Under the pieces are notes generated by a model, which did not search any database, had not been told where the DNA came from, and worked only from the letters and a program-made list of their open reading frames with translations. From Craspedostauros australis (lineage: Eukaryota), in contig JALAGF010005534.1 of the NCBI GenBank assembly GCA_030167865.1, forward strand, positions 1-42,374: a stretch of 42,374 nucleotides of DNA, in the 5' to 3' direction. The position numbers and the translations under genes are program-made. Shown here piece by piece: positions 9,654 to 21,045 of the stretch; the first letter of the stretch is position 1, and each line of letters starts with the position of its first letter.

Positions 9654-10676
9654 TCAAAGCTCCTCGCTTTCCGGCTCGCCGCCCATCCTGTCGATAGCGA
9701 GGACGTCCTCCTCAGTGAGAAAGCTGTCGTCGGTGAGCAATCTCGCGAGCTCGTCGATGTGATGTTTCTTGCTGGATCGCGGGATGACGCTCATGTTACT
9801 CTGCCTGGCCCAGCTCAGCACCACCTCCGCCACGCTGCGAGAGTACTTCTCCGCAAGTTCAATGACTGTGGGATGCGTGAGCACCGGATTCGATCCACCA
9901 TGCGCCATGCTGTGCTGCGTCCCGAGCGTGGAGTACGAGACGAATTCGATGCCATGCTCCTCGCAGATGGACCGCAGCTCCCTCGCCGGGCGCAATGGAT
10001 CGGCGTAGATCTGGATGGCATCGGGCATCCGCGGCGGGGCGACGTCCTTGTTCGCAGCGCTGCGCACACCTCCGTTCCGTTCGAACACTTCCTGGCGTTG
10101 CTTCACGAACGCGATGATATCCAGCAGGTCGTTGGGCCATATGTTGGACAACCCGATCCGCTGTGCGGAGCGATCCAACCCCACCACGGCCTCCATCGCC
10201 ATCCACGTATCCCGGAGACCCAAGGTGGGAGGCGGGTCCTTGCAGCGCGGGTGCCACCCATCCCAGCATCGCGGGGCATGTATGAAGTACACATCCAGCG
10301 GGTACGGTGCCACGCTGCCATCGTCCAGCAGCACATCCGGGCAGTATCCCACCAGCTCCATCCGGCTCTTCGACGCATGATTGCGGATGTCGTCGAAGCT
10401 GGTCAATTTCCACGGAGGGATTTTGGTGGAGATGCCGTACTTCAATTCTTGGCATGAGACGGGTTCCTCCAGCTCCTCGTAGAAGCCATGCAGGGCTCGT
10501 CCCACGGCCTTTTGATCGTACCACCAGTCGGCTTCCGCAGTGTCGAACTTGCGAAACCCCGCATGCAACGCCATGGACACGACGCTGTGGCAGTTGTGAC
10601 CCAGGGCGGCAGTGCCGAAGCCCACGCCGATCCAGGTCGAGTTGCCCAACTGTTTGACAAGTTCCATCGCGCTCAT
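9654..10676 (-). CDS. Aldo-keto reductase family protein
   Basis: VGFGT, FDTAEADWWY (Asp/Tyr), ISTK (Lys), YFIHAP (His), IGLSN, YSTLG, VIPRSS; ends SEEL. Confidence 0.92.
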   Translation of the reverse strand: MSAMELVKQLGNSTWIGVGFGTAALGHNCHSVVSMALHAGFRKFDTAEADWWYDQKAVGRALHGFYEELEEPVSCQELKYGISTKIPPWKLTSFDDIRNHASKSRMELVGYCPDVLLDDGSVAPYPLDVYFIHAPRCWDGWHPRCKDPPPTLGLRDTWMAMEAVVGLDRSAQRIGLSNIWPNDLLDIIAFVKQRQEVFERNGGVRSAANKDVAPPRMPDAIQIYADPLRPARELRSICEEHGIEFVSYSTLGTQHSMAHGGSNPVLTHPTVIELAEKYSRSVAEVVLSWARQSNMSVIPRSSKKHHIDELARLLTDDSFLTEEDVLAIDRMGGEPESEEL

Positions 10677-11578
10677 GGTGAGACTACGAGTATGCTGTGC
10701 AAGTGACTCTCTCTCTGTCTGTCTCTGTCTGTCTCGTGTGTGCGACTGTGTGCGACTGTGTGCGACTGTGATGAGAGACAGAATGGGAGAAGCGCAGGAC
10801 GGGATCTCCCGCGCGCTTCAAAGTGTCCTTGTGTCTGGCGATCCTGATTTTGGTCTTGGTTGTCAGACGTGACACTTGGATACTGCTGGTAGACTTCTGT
10901 CGAGGCTAGAGACATGTGTTGTCCACCCACATCGCGACCAACACCAGGCAAAACAATGTACCTTGTCTCTTCTCTGCATCATTTCGCGAGCATGGGCACG
11001 AGCACTCGCACTCGTGGCTCGGCTGTATCAAAGTCCTTTGCTGCTCCAGTGCTGCCTCTGCCTTTGTGGACCAGCCATGCCGGCAACAACCGCAGTTCAG
11101 GAACCGGAGAAGTGCAAGGGATCATGCGCAGGCATGTGTTCATGAAGGCGTGCGTGTCTGTTCTGTTCTATGACATGATGTATCTATTGTTTTTTGTGTT
11201 TTATGGAATCTGTGCATCGGCTTTATCCGCGAAGGCACTTGTGTTCTGTTTCTCTATTGCTGGCGTTGGTGCTCTGTTGCTGTTGATGGTGCTGTTGTTG
11301 ATGCTGTTGCCATCGTCAAGTGTCTTCCACTTGGCGACGGGCGCTCTCGTTGTTTCCAGAGCTGTTGTCCTTGTTGCTGTCAATGTTGCCGTCAATGTTG
11401 TTGCTGGTGATGGTGATGTTGTTCTTGGACGGAACAGGCGATGTCGCCACCCAAGAACGATGCGCGATCAGATCGTCTGATTGCGTGGGAATGAACCAAT
11501 AGATTCGGAATGGACATGGATGTAATTTATGGTCGCAGCTATCTCGTTCGCTGCCGCTGGTGCGCTGTAGCTACGCGG

Positions 11579-12379
11579 TCAGACCACCTGCACGGATCGA
11601 TGGAAGGCATCGATGCGGGAGATGCGTCCGTTGCGCTTGTACATGACGAGGGAGGACTTGGTGGTCGCCACCCGTGTCGCTGCTTCCTGATCTCTCATCG
11701 CCATGGTGAGAGCCGTATGACGCGGACCTTGCGTCATGCACTGGTAGACCTCCGCCAAGTACTGAGGATCGTACACGCCCTCGCTGCGCTGCACCGCCTG
11801 CTCGTCAAGGACGGTGGTGGTGGCGACGAGCTTGTTGCGGCGTCGGATCTTGGCGCCGACGTTGGTCTTGTACTCCAGTCCTCGGATGGAGTAGACGTCC
11901 TCGTCGAATGGCACGTTCTTCACCATGAGCTGGATGGTGTAGATGCATTCGTGCTTGATGCCGTTGAGCTCTTCGGGGCTGTACCATGTGGCGTCGATCT
12001 CCTCGTCGCTGTAGTCGTCCACGGTCTCGATGGTGCGGTATCGCGAGACGGGGGCGAACTTGACGGATTTCTCCAGGCGTGGAGACTGCGGGACGAAGAG
12101 GATCTCGCCATCCTCGACGTCGTGCTCGCACTCGTCGATGGTCTCCAGCATTGGAAGGCCGAGGCCGAGGTTGATAGTGCGGTGGTACTGTTCGTGGTGC
12201 TTTGACTTTTGCGTTTGCGTTTGCGACTGTGGCTGCGATTGCAGATGCTTTTCCAGGCAGTGGTACTGCTCCTTTGGCAGGGTCTGCTGCTCCAGCACAA
12301 TGTCGTGGACGCTGGTTGGTGAGTACGGTGGGACGTAGACATCCGGCATGCCTTCCATTTGCTTGAGTTGAGGAGCCAT
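11579..12379 (-). CDS. Diatom-type hypothetical protein of the VxF...WYS...RGLE...VLDEQ family
   Basis: KSVKFAP, DYSDEEIDATWYSPEE, SIRGLEYKT, VLDEQAVQR and DPQYLAEVY match an expanded diatom family recognised from memory. Confidence 0.85.
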   Translation of the reverse strand: MAPQLKQMEGMPDVYVPPYSPTSVHDIVLEQQTLPKEQYHCLEKHLQSQPQSQTQTQKSKHHEQYHRTINLGLGLPMLETIDECEHDVEDGEILFVPQSPRLEKSVKFAPVSRYRTIETVDDYSDEEIDATWYSPEELNGIKHECIYTIQLMVKNVPFDEDVYSIRGLEYKTNVGAKIRRRNKLVATTTVLDEQAVQRSEGVYDPQYLAEVYQCMTQGPRHTALTMAMRDQEAATRVATTKSSLVMYKRNGRISRIDAFHRSVQVV

Positions 12380-15143
12380 CGTGCTGCTGTAGTTGTGCTG
12401 TTGTTGTGCTTTTGGAATTTATGGAATGATTGGTGGATGGATGCACTGGTGGACGGATGCAATGATGGATGCAACAATGGATGCGATGATGGACGCACTA
12501 GTGAATGAAACCAGGAGTACAAGCCCTGCAGGATGGAGCAGAGTGATGGAACAACGGTCGTTGTGCTATTGTGTTGCTTTGCTTGCCAGTGTGGTCTGGA
12601 TCGTTCGGTTTTGGTGTGGCGTGGTAGTTCTCGCGCGTCTGGCACAAGCGAGGGTTTGCTGCTTCGACTTGTTCGATGGCTGATTGCTTTGCTGGTTTTG
12701 TGAGCCTGCGATGGTCTTGTTTGACAAGTTCCTCCTTGTCACTCCCTCTCTCTTGGGCTGCAAGTGCGATTATCCCTGCTTTCCGCTCCAACCGGCAGTG
12801 CGTGTGCTGTTGCGAATTTCGCTGAATTTGTGATCTGTGCGATCTGGGAAACGAAACCGAAGTCGACCCTCTCGCGATCCGCACGCACCACGCACAACAA
12901 TCCCACGACTGTGTCTTCCCATTCTCCATTGTACCTATCATTCGCATATATACGAAAATAGTATAATCGGCCAGCGGCATCGGCCTTGTCGTATCAAGAA
13001 TGAACGGGTCCATGCCAAGACAAAAGAGTGATGATGTTGGAACTGTTGGATGACCGATGTTGCTTTGTGCATTCGTGAACACGTGACGCTGTGCTTGGTC
13101 TTGTGACGTTAATGTTGGCGGAGTCGCCAAGCTGACATTCGATTGGTCTTTTTTCAGACCAATGATCCTTGGGAAGATATAACCATACAGACAACATTTA
13201 AAGTGCGTTCTTGTTGTGCTGCATCGTGATTGGGAGATTGCCAATACCAATCGGGGTCTGGATGTCACTCACAGTCCCCTGTTGGGCTCTTTGCATCACT
13301 TTGCCTTACTGCGTCACGCTTTCTATCTCCTTCTCTGTCTCTGTGTATCAATTTGCTTCCACGAGTTCTGTATTCCTGCATGCGGCGGTTCCTTCTGTGT
13401 GCACAACTCAGCCAGGTGAGAGTTGTCTCGCTCCTGCGTGTGCTTGAGATCTGCGGAGAATTGCTGAGATGTGTTCTTGGTGTGTTGCTGTAGCCTCATC
13501 CATGATTCTCGTAGCGCAGACTCTGGAGAGTGGACGGGATGCGACAAGCCAAGGCACTAACCAGGTCCTGTACCACCATCTAAAACGACTATTCGAGGTA
13601 CGAGCTGCAGTGGAGAACCATCACTTCCGCATGCTCACTGGTCTTGTTGGCACAGGAGTGCGAGAAATGCCTCGTACGAGTAGTAGATCGTGCAGCAAAG
13701 TAGAAGTGCCGAAGGTGGCATACCATACCATAGCTCGGACGTGTGCATTCGCACTCCATGAGATGCAGCCTCCGCAAGATCTTGCAGCTGCGGATATCCT
13801 CGTTGCCATTGCTAAGATTGCCCCATGGCAACACATAAACGGGCACTTTTGGAGATGGGGCGACGATGTTGCCAGCGTTCTGGTTGTTGAAGTTCCTTTC
13901 TGGTGATGATGATGATGGTGGTGGTGTCGTGCAAGGCATTGCTCCTGGTTGTTCTGGATGGCTTTGAGGGCGTCCCAAGCCGCAAGGCGCACATCTTGGA
14001 TGTCCCGCCATGCCAAGGTGGTCTTGTGGTGGCGGCATGGGCACGAAGCAGACACTTCCGTCTTGCGACTCCGCACAGGATTTATGAACATCGCCGCTCT
14101 GTTGGGCATGAGATGCAAGAATGACGCAACTGCGGGTCGAGCACGATCTATGGTAACATGTGTACTGCATGTTTCGGGGTGGTAGGAGTATACATGCCAA
14201 ATTAGTAGAGTCCCAAGACAGCGCGCTTTCAGACGGGCACGAGTATGGTGTGGAGAACGAACTATGGCAGGATGTGGGGGATACCGAAGTGAACGTAGCA
14301 GCGGGAGCATGAGACATTGTGATGCAGAGGTCACGCAACACCAGAATGCTCGGTCCATCAAGGGTCACGCGTTCTGGTCTGGTCTGCTCTGAGTTGTATG
14401 GTGCCCTCTCCCACATCATGCCACACCATACATTCCATGCCATACATTCCATGCCATACATTTCAAGTCACATACGCAAGTGCGCTCTTCGTGCCATGCT
14501 CTCTGGAGAGTTGAAACAGCAGCACATGATGGCCACTCTCATAAATTCCTGACATCCGTTTGAATCACCAGCACGCATGGTACTCTGCATGTAGGATGTG
14601 GGAAGGAAGGCGCGTGGGCCATGAGGTGACAGCCGGAATGGACGCGCTCTTTGTGTCTGCGCACTTGGGCGGACTCTCTTCGCATGCGCTGCGGCGATGT
14701 GGCCGGAGACATGAAGTGTACATGGTACTCTCCACAACATTCTCTGCTGACACTCAGCAAGGAAGCGAACAAAGCAGAAGTGTCGCTGGCGAATGTGTGA
14801 AGCAGGTCCTAAAGAATTACAATCGCAATGCTGATACTCAGCCAATACTTCATAAAGTACCACCTCCATCGCGAGCATCCTGTTTGTCTGGCAGAGCATG
14901 GTGAGCCGAAATGTTGTGTGTGATTGGAATAGGTCATTCACAATGCATATCGCCGTCCGTGTTTCTTTTTGCTCTATCTGTCTGTCTGTCTGCCTTTTTG
15001 GCTGCAGTGCAGCCCGTTTCATCTCATGTTGTGCGTGCGCTGCAGTGAACTCCACGCTTGTTTGCTTGCTGTATTTATTGCAGTAACAGCACTAGCACTG
15101 TCGTGCTTGTATGATGAGTACGAATTGCTCTGTTGTGTCGCGC

Positions 15144-17174
15144 TTAGAAACAATGATTTGCATCGGGTACGCCAAGAGCATCGAGAGATTCGTTGCAGTT
15201 CCCGATGTAGGCGTTGTCTGGAAATCCATGAACGCCTCCACCCAAGGTGGTCTTGTGATGGATGGACGTCCACGTGATGACGTTCTGCGCGCCGGTGGTG
15301 AGCGAGGTCCCGACGCGGAATGTGAGACCATGCGTCCACGCATACTTGAGGCGCTTGAGGAGGTTCTTGCCTTCATTGTTGTGCGGGAGGTAGGCCGTGC
15401 GGGATGTTCCGGAGTATCGCGCTCCTGGATTGTCGTGGAACTGCCGCTGCGTGCCGCTTGGCATGCTGTAGTCGATCTGGATGGTCTCGTGGGTGTTGCG
15501 GAAGCCTGGGCATGCTGCTTGGATGACGTGGATGGACATGGTGCCGGACGGACTGCGGCCTTGCGGTTCCCCAACGGTCATGCGACAGATGGGGCAGCGC
15601 GGTTCCTTGTTGAGGCACTCCTGGATGCATTCGTCGTGGAAGACGTGGCCGCATTTGGCGATGGCGACTTGCGGGCCATCAGAAAGGGGGCAGAGACAGA
15701 TGACGCAGTCCTCCTCCTCGTCTTCGTCGTCCTGCTTCTTCTCCTCGTTGCTAGTTGCGGGTGCCTGATGACTTGGCGCTTTGCTGCTGCTGCTGCCGTT
15801 ATCTGGGGATGAGAGGCTGGGCCGGCTGCGCTTCTTGGACTTTTTGCAGGAGCGCACTGATATGCACTGCAAGGCGGAGGCGATGGACACCCCCTGGGCC
15901 AGCGTTTGCGGGGCGTCGTAGCGGATGTGCTCCGTCTGCACTGTCTGGTTTGATGTCATGGCTGGTGCTGAGAATCCAAACATCATGGAAGTTGCATGGG
16001 TTTGTGTTGTGATGGAAGCTGAACCTTGTGGAATTGTTGCAAAGGCAGAAGTTGAGTGAGCGCCTGGAACGTGGCGGCGTGTTCTGGCCCTTGTTCGTGA
16101 TCGTGTGCTGGGAGCAGACGCAGCGTGTCGGACCGTGGGAAGCGTGGAAGAAGACGAGGATGGGAGATTGACGTGCACAGGCACCGTGGGAACTGTCATC
16201 GCCTGCTGTTGCTGCTGTTGTTGCTGACACGATCGTGCATCGGGAATGTGCAGACGATCCATGGCATCGTGGCATTGCTGGAGGTAGGTGGGATCTGGGT
16301 AGCCGAAAGAGCCGCCCTGGAGTCCAGTTTTGTGGGGAATGCCTGCCCACACCACCACGTTGGACCTGCCGGAGGTCTGCGACGTGCCCACCTTGAAGGT
16401 GAGGCCCGCAAGCCAGCAGAACTTGAGGCGTGCCAGCAGGTCCAGTCCCTCACGCGTGGTGGGAACGTAGGCCGTCCTGGAGGTTCCGGAGTGCGGTGCG
16501 CCTGGCTTGTCATTGTAGTCCTTCTGCGTGCCGCCGGAGATCGTGTACATGATCTGGATGGTCTGCGTGTTGGTTGGGAAGCCTGGCACTTCGCCTGGCT
16601 TGACGGAGACGGACATGGTGCCGCTGGGGCACTCTGCGGAGGCCTCGATGACGGGCGCGGAGCAAACAGGACAGTTGGACGTGCAGGACAAGGGGGCGTG
16701 GATGCAGGCCTTGTGGAAAGAGTGGCTGCAGGTCTTCAGCTGCACGGACGCCTGCGTTGACAGCGGAGCGAAGCAGATGTTGCACGAGGCGCAGCTGCTG
16801 TTGTTGCTGGAAGCATTGGAAGCATTGGAAGGGGCAGAAGCGGGTGGAACGGGAAGGTAGGCCTTCTCCAGCAGCGCTGCCTTGTTGGGAGGGGCGCTGT
16901 ACGTCAACGTCTCGGTTATCACTGATCCACCGCCTGTTGCTGGCGTTGCAGGTTGATGCGCTGGTTGATGGTTGTTCGTCCTCATACGAGTGCTCCTCAT
17001 GGTGCGACCACCCGCGACACCTGCAACAGCTGCAACACCACCATTGCCATTAGCATTAGCATGAGAGTTAGAGCTTACATTGGAACTGCCATTGCCATTG
17101 CCATGACTGTTGCCACCTCCGTTCAAAGAGACGTTCATCTTCGCAAACCTCCGTGAGATGCTGCTGGCACTCAT
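15144..17174 (-). CDS. Deltex-type E3 ubiquitin ligase with two tandem RING-H2 + Deltex C-terminal (DTC) modules
   Basis: RING1 CNIC...CSHSFHKAC...CPVC (~16662-16784) then DTC1 PSGTM...RTAYVP...GLTFKVGTS...HKT...GYPDPTY. RING2 CVIC...CGHVFHDEC...CPIC (~15585-15707) then DTC2 PSGTM...RTAYLP...GLTFRVGTS...IHHKT...HGFPD. First ATG is 17174; the ORF-track start 17228 is TTG. Confidence 0.93.
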   Translation of the reverse strand: MSASSISRRFAKMNVSLNGGGNSHGNGNGSSNVSSNSHANANGNGGVAAVAGVAGGRTMRSTRMRTNNHQPAHQPATPATGGGSVITETLTYSAPPNKAALLEKAYLPVPPASAPSNASNASSNNSSCASCNICFAPLSTQASVQLKTCSHSFHKACIHAPLSCTSNCPVCSAPVIEASAECPSGTMSVSVKPGEVPGFPTNTQTIQIMYTISGGTQKDYNDKPGAPHSGTSRTAYVPTTREGLDLLARLKFCWLAGLTFKVGTSQTSGRSNVVVWAGIPHKTGLQGGSFGYPDPTYLQQCHDAMDRLHIPDARSCQQQQQQQQAMTVPTVPVHVNLPSSSSSTLPTVRHAASAPSTRSRTRARTRRHVPGAHSTSAFATIPQGSASITTQTHATSMMFGFSAPAMTSNQTVQTEHIRYDAPQTLAQGVSIASALQCISVRSCKKSKKRSRPSLSSPDNGSSSSKAPSHQAPATSNEEKKQDDEDEEEDCVICLCPLSDGPQVAIAKCGHVFHDECIQECLNKEPRCPICRMTVGEPQGRSPSGTMSIHVIQAACPGFRNTHETIQIDYSMPSGTQRQFHDNPGARYSGTSRTAYLPHNNEGKNLLKRLKYAWTHGLTFRVGTSLTTGAQNVITWTSIHHKTTLGGGVHGFPDNAYIGNCNESLDALGVPDANHCF

Positions 17175-19433
17175 GGAACACTCCTCTTGATGGCCTTGAT
17201 GGTCTGAGCTGCTTGTGTTGCTGCTCAAACCTCAACCAAGAGATGGATTGTGGGAGGAAGGGAGCGACACCTGACGCTCTGCTTGTGGTTGCTGAGCTGG
17301 GGCGTGGCTGTTGGCGGCCTCTTTCTGTCGTCTCTTTGCTTCGGGACTTGGCGGTTGGTGGCCTCTTTGATTCGTTGCGCGAGTATCAGTTGCCTTGGTC
17401 GCCTCAGTCAGTTCGGTTGGTTGTGTCGGTTGCTTCTTTTGATCCTTTGTTTGGTGTGGCTTGGCTTGGTGCCAATACCGGCGACGTTGCGGAAGGAGGA
17501 GGAGGCAGGCCTCGAGTGATTCGTGCTCCGCTTCGTGGTTGCTTCCCTTTCTTTTCGTCGCTTCCGTCTTGGCTGTCGCTCGTGCTCCTCCTCTCTTTGC
17601 GTGTTGTTCCTGTTCTTGCTGCAGTCTTGCCGCTGCTGCTGCTTCTGACCACGCGACAACCACCGTAAATTTCTCCCTCGCCTTGGCCCTTCGGGGTTTC
17701 TGAGTTCGATGACGGATGCAATTCCCACGAACAGACACACAAAACACGGGAAAACATGCACCCAACTTCGCGGTGTTTCTGGTGGAAGTTGACGCCACCT
17801 TCCAAAGCTGCATCCAAGACTTGATTGTATGTGGCTCGAGGTCAATTTCGTGTCCACAACATCAATATATGTTACATTTATAAAATAGACCTCTTGATGG
17901 TTCACGAACAAATGCGTCTATTGTATCGAACCTAGAGAGGATCTTCGGATGGAATTATTTGAGCCCCAACAGGTTTTTAACCTCCATTTTCACCTGCTTC
18001 AACAGACCGAATTCCATCGCTCCGAACAGAGGAACTCAGATCTTCGTGTCACTTGTCACGTTCTACGAGTGAAGGAGGATAGGTCGGAATACTCGTAGAA
18101 TGCTCCAAGCTTGTAGAGAGATTGGGATGAGGGTCAAAGCGGATAGGAAGAGTGAGGAGTAATATTGTCGTCTATTCTATTGCATTCCATCATATTCAAT
18201 TGCATTAGGTAGATAGTGCAATAGAATATAATGGAATGGGGTGGTGGAGAGAATGCAACGATGGAGCGTCCTCGCATTCGTGCTCAAGCTCTTCTGGAGC
18301 ATACCACAGACTGTTCGATGGCAAGTGCCAAACACGTTCGATGCGCGATGAAGTCCCAGCGAGCGCACATACCACTACTCCAGTCTCTTGGACCAAATGA
18401 GCACGATGATGGACGAGATTGCGCGCGCCAAGATGAAGCAAACATACACGTCCTCGTACCTGCCGAGGAAGACATGGGAGTAGGTAGGTACTCCAATTGT
18501 TTGCGAGCGTCACAGTGTTCCCACAACTGCGATCGACCTATGGATGGTCGGAATACGAATTCTGCTGCACGGGATACAGGGACGAACATGAACTCCATCA
18601 GCGTCCGAAAACATAGACGTTGGATGAATGCGAAGGAGGCATGAACCAGCGCGACAGCAACCTTCTTCCTTGTTGGGACGTCGTGATGGTGGCGGGAACT
18701 TGAGGCTTCCATCGAGTGCCTCCGGACTCCGACACCGATTCACTAAGGTCATGCTACCAATAGGAGCATATAATTGTCTGAATAACACTCTACACACATG
18801 TGTGTGTGTTCACGCTTCAACACATAGAATAGCTGTGGGCACTTGCGGTGACTGTGTTGACGTCGGTGATGTCCCACACAGGATAGTATTGTATTATTTG
18901 AATTGTCGCAGGCATCACCCTGGTCAACGTCATCGATGCGGGGAAGATTCGCAGACCAGAGCAGAGCACCAATAGAGGTCGTGCAGCAGGGCAACATTGA
19001 TGAGCTGGAGGCGGTGCCCGAGAAGAGTAATTGCAGAAGAGGCTGCAGGCGATGCACGTCGGCGATTTTTCCACAACGCCGACGATGATGCCTTTGTATT
19101 TCGCCGAGGCCCAGATCGTTCAAGAAACTCGCGGCATTGTCTGGATGTGGTTGCGCATGCGACAACGTCATCTATCTCTCTCTCTCTCTCTGTGTGTGTC
19201 TGTGCATCTTTCTAACTTAAGTAGGGTACTCTAGGGTATATCATCCTCCAGCCCATCCATCTCCATATCTCCGTGTCCAGCTTGTATAACACGCATCAAG
19301 ATAATCCGTACCGTACTGGAGTGCGCATCCAACACATATAATATTCATACTTGTACATCTCCTTCATTTGCTTCCTCGTCTGACTTTCTGCGCATTGCAC
19401 TTTCTGCACATTGCACGCTCTGTGCATTACGAG

Positions 19434-20315
19434 CTACGCGTCCTTGCGCTCATCTCCGAAGTTGTGGAACACAAAGCTTGTGCACATCATCATCGCCAGC
19501 ACGCAAATGCCAATTGAGTGGGACACCTTGCACATGTACGGGATTTCGTTGAAATGCTCGAACAGGGTGAGGTCTGGCTCCGTCACCATGTAGTCGCATC
19601 CAGTCCAAGTCTCCTGCTCCATGATGCCGAGCATGATGGTGACCCCGCTTCCGACGTAGATGAACGGACCCAGGTACTTATGCACCAGCAAGACCTTGGC
19701 CTTGTAGCTGGGGGTCAGGGATTGACGTGGGACCGCGAATGTCAGCATGCCCATGAAGAACTGGACGAGGTACATGACGATGACGATGGCGCCGATCCAC
19801 GAATGCATGCTCCACATGTTGGGAAACAGTCCGCTGACGCGGTCGGTGTGGGATTTGAACACCGCGAGGATGCCGATCACCGCGCAGAGCGTCGTCACCA
19901 TCCACGAAACGATGTGCAACGACTTGCGCAACGGCCGGTCCATCGGCAATCGGAAGACGAGCGTTGCGACCGTCATGAAGGCGAAGGCCGTGATCATGAG
20001 CACCGGATGCCAGTTGAAGACGCGTGTGGCTTCGCCTGTCTTCCATGAGAATCCACCCATGAGGTGGGCCCAGTGCACCACGAGCACCATCGTCACAAGG
20101 GCAATGAGATGCGCCAAGGAGATGGCAACGACCTGCAGCTGCTTGAGGCGCGCTGTGAATCGCTGGACATCATCTTCCGCGGACTCAGCCGTCGCTGCGT
20201 CCTTGCCGTTGTGGAAAAGCCCGCCTTCCATGGCGTCCGCTCCAACAGTTGCCTGGGTGCCCGTGCCATTGTCCCCGTTCGATAGCAACGGGCTGCTCTC
20301 GCCAGATCCAGTCAT
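19434..20315 (-). CDS. Cytochrome b561 (transmembrane ascorbate-dependent reductase family)
   Basis: Six TM helices and four heme His: FNWHP, KSLH, SMHSW, VHKYLG. Start placed at MTGSGESSPLL (20315); the upstream in-frame part is a low-complexity repeat. Confidence 0.92.
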   Translation of the reverse strand: MTGSGESSPLLSNGDNGTGTQATVGADAMEGGLFHNGKDAATAESAEDDVQRFTARLKQLQVVAISLAHLIALVTMVLVVHWAHLMGGFSWKTGEATRVFNWHPVLMITAFAFMTVATLVFRLPMDRPLRKSLHIVSWMVTTLCAVIGILAVFKSHTDRVSGLFPNMWSMHSWIGAIVIVMYLVQFFMGMLTFAVPRQSLTPSYKAKVLLVHKYLGPFIYVGSGVTIMLGIMEQETWTGCDYMVTEPDLTLFEHFNEIPYMCKVSHSIGICVLAMMMCTSFVFHNFGDERKDA

Positions 20316-21045
20316 CTTGTTGCTGCTGATGTTGCTGATGTTGCTGATGTGGTTGTGTTTTGTGTTGTTGCGTTGGTTGCGTTGGTGGCGTTGGTTGTGT
20401 TGGTTGTGTTGGTTGTGTTGGTGGCGTTGGTTGTGTCGTTGATGTTCGAGCGAATCTGGGGAGCAGTCAGCGTTTTGCGAGAGCGAGAGTTTGCCTGATG
20501 TCATTGATGATGTTGGTGTTGGCGTTGTTTTTGGGATTGTGGTGTGATGACGCATCACGCGGCCGATTTGTCCCAAATCGATTTTCTTTGTTGTTTGATG
20601 AAGTGAGAGAGATGGAATGTGGACGTGGTCATGTGGAAGAATGAAGACGAATCTTCCGCAGATCGCGCGCCTCGCACACTCCAAGCAATGTTGATGTGTC
20701 AGAGCGTGTCATGCTCGTGCCTGGCGCGTGTCCAGAAATGCCAACCAGTCAGCGGACAGAAATTGATCCCCACGAGTAGATCGTACTCTACGAACTACCC
20801 GCACGAGTCGGCGAAAAGAGAACCCTGTTGGAGAATAGAGATAGTGGTACGTGTACGACCTATTATATGTTAGTTCACTGCTATTCTGTTGGTATCATGT
20901 TGTTCAGGTGGAGGATCTATCACGCCATGCAAGCATAATAGTAAAGTACGTACTGTTCGATAGTGTTCAATACTACATCACCTTTTCCCACATGCATGGT
21001 GATCAAAGTACTATATGCTCACCGCGCCATTCCAGCCCATCCAAG

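Noticed and set aside
12400..15100. Several 200-290 aa ORFs, including a poly-His stretch near 13905
   Set aside because: Overlapping frames, no recognisable motif or coding-like bias; a spliced or degenerate gene cannot be excluded.
17232..17813. ORF in frame with the Deltex gene, separated by one TGA (readthrough/selenocysteine?)
   Set aside because: The upstream peptide looks like low-complexity UTR, the TGA is not in a redox motif, and no SECIS was recognised.
18177..19234. Short ORFs, one with LWYAPEELEHEC resembling the RGLE-family WYSPEE
   Set aside because: No flanking VxF or RGLE motifs in any frame read; probably chance.
20316..20684. HNQ-repeat N-terminal extension of cytochrome b561
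   Set aside because: The ORF-track start is TTG and the segment is a 9-bp microsatellite; more likely 5' UTR, although in-frame ATGs exist.
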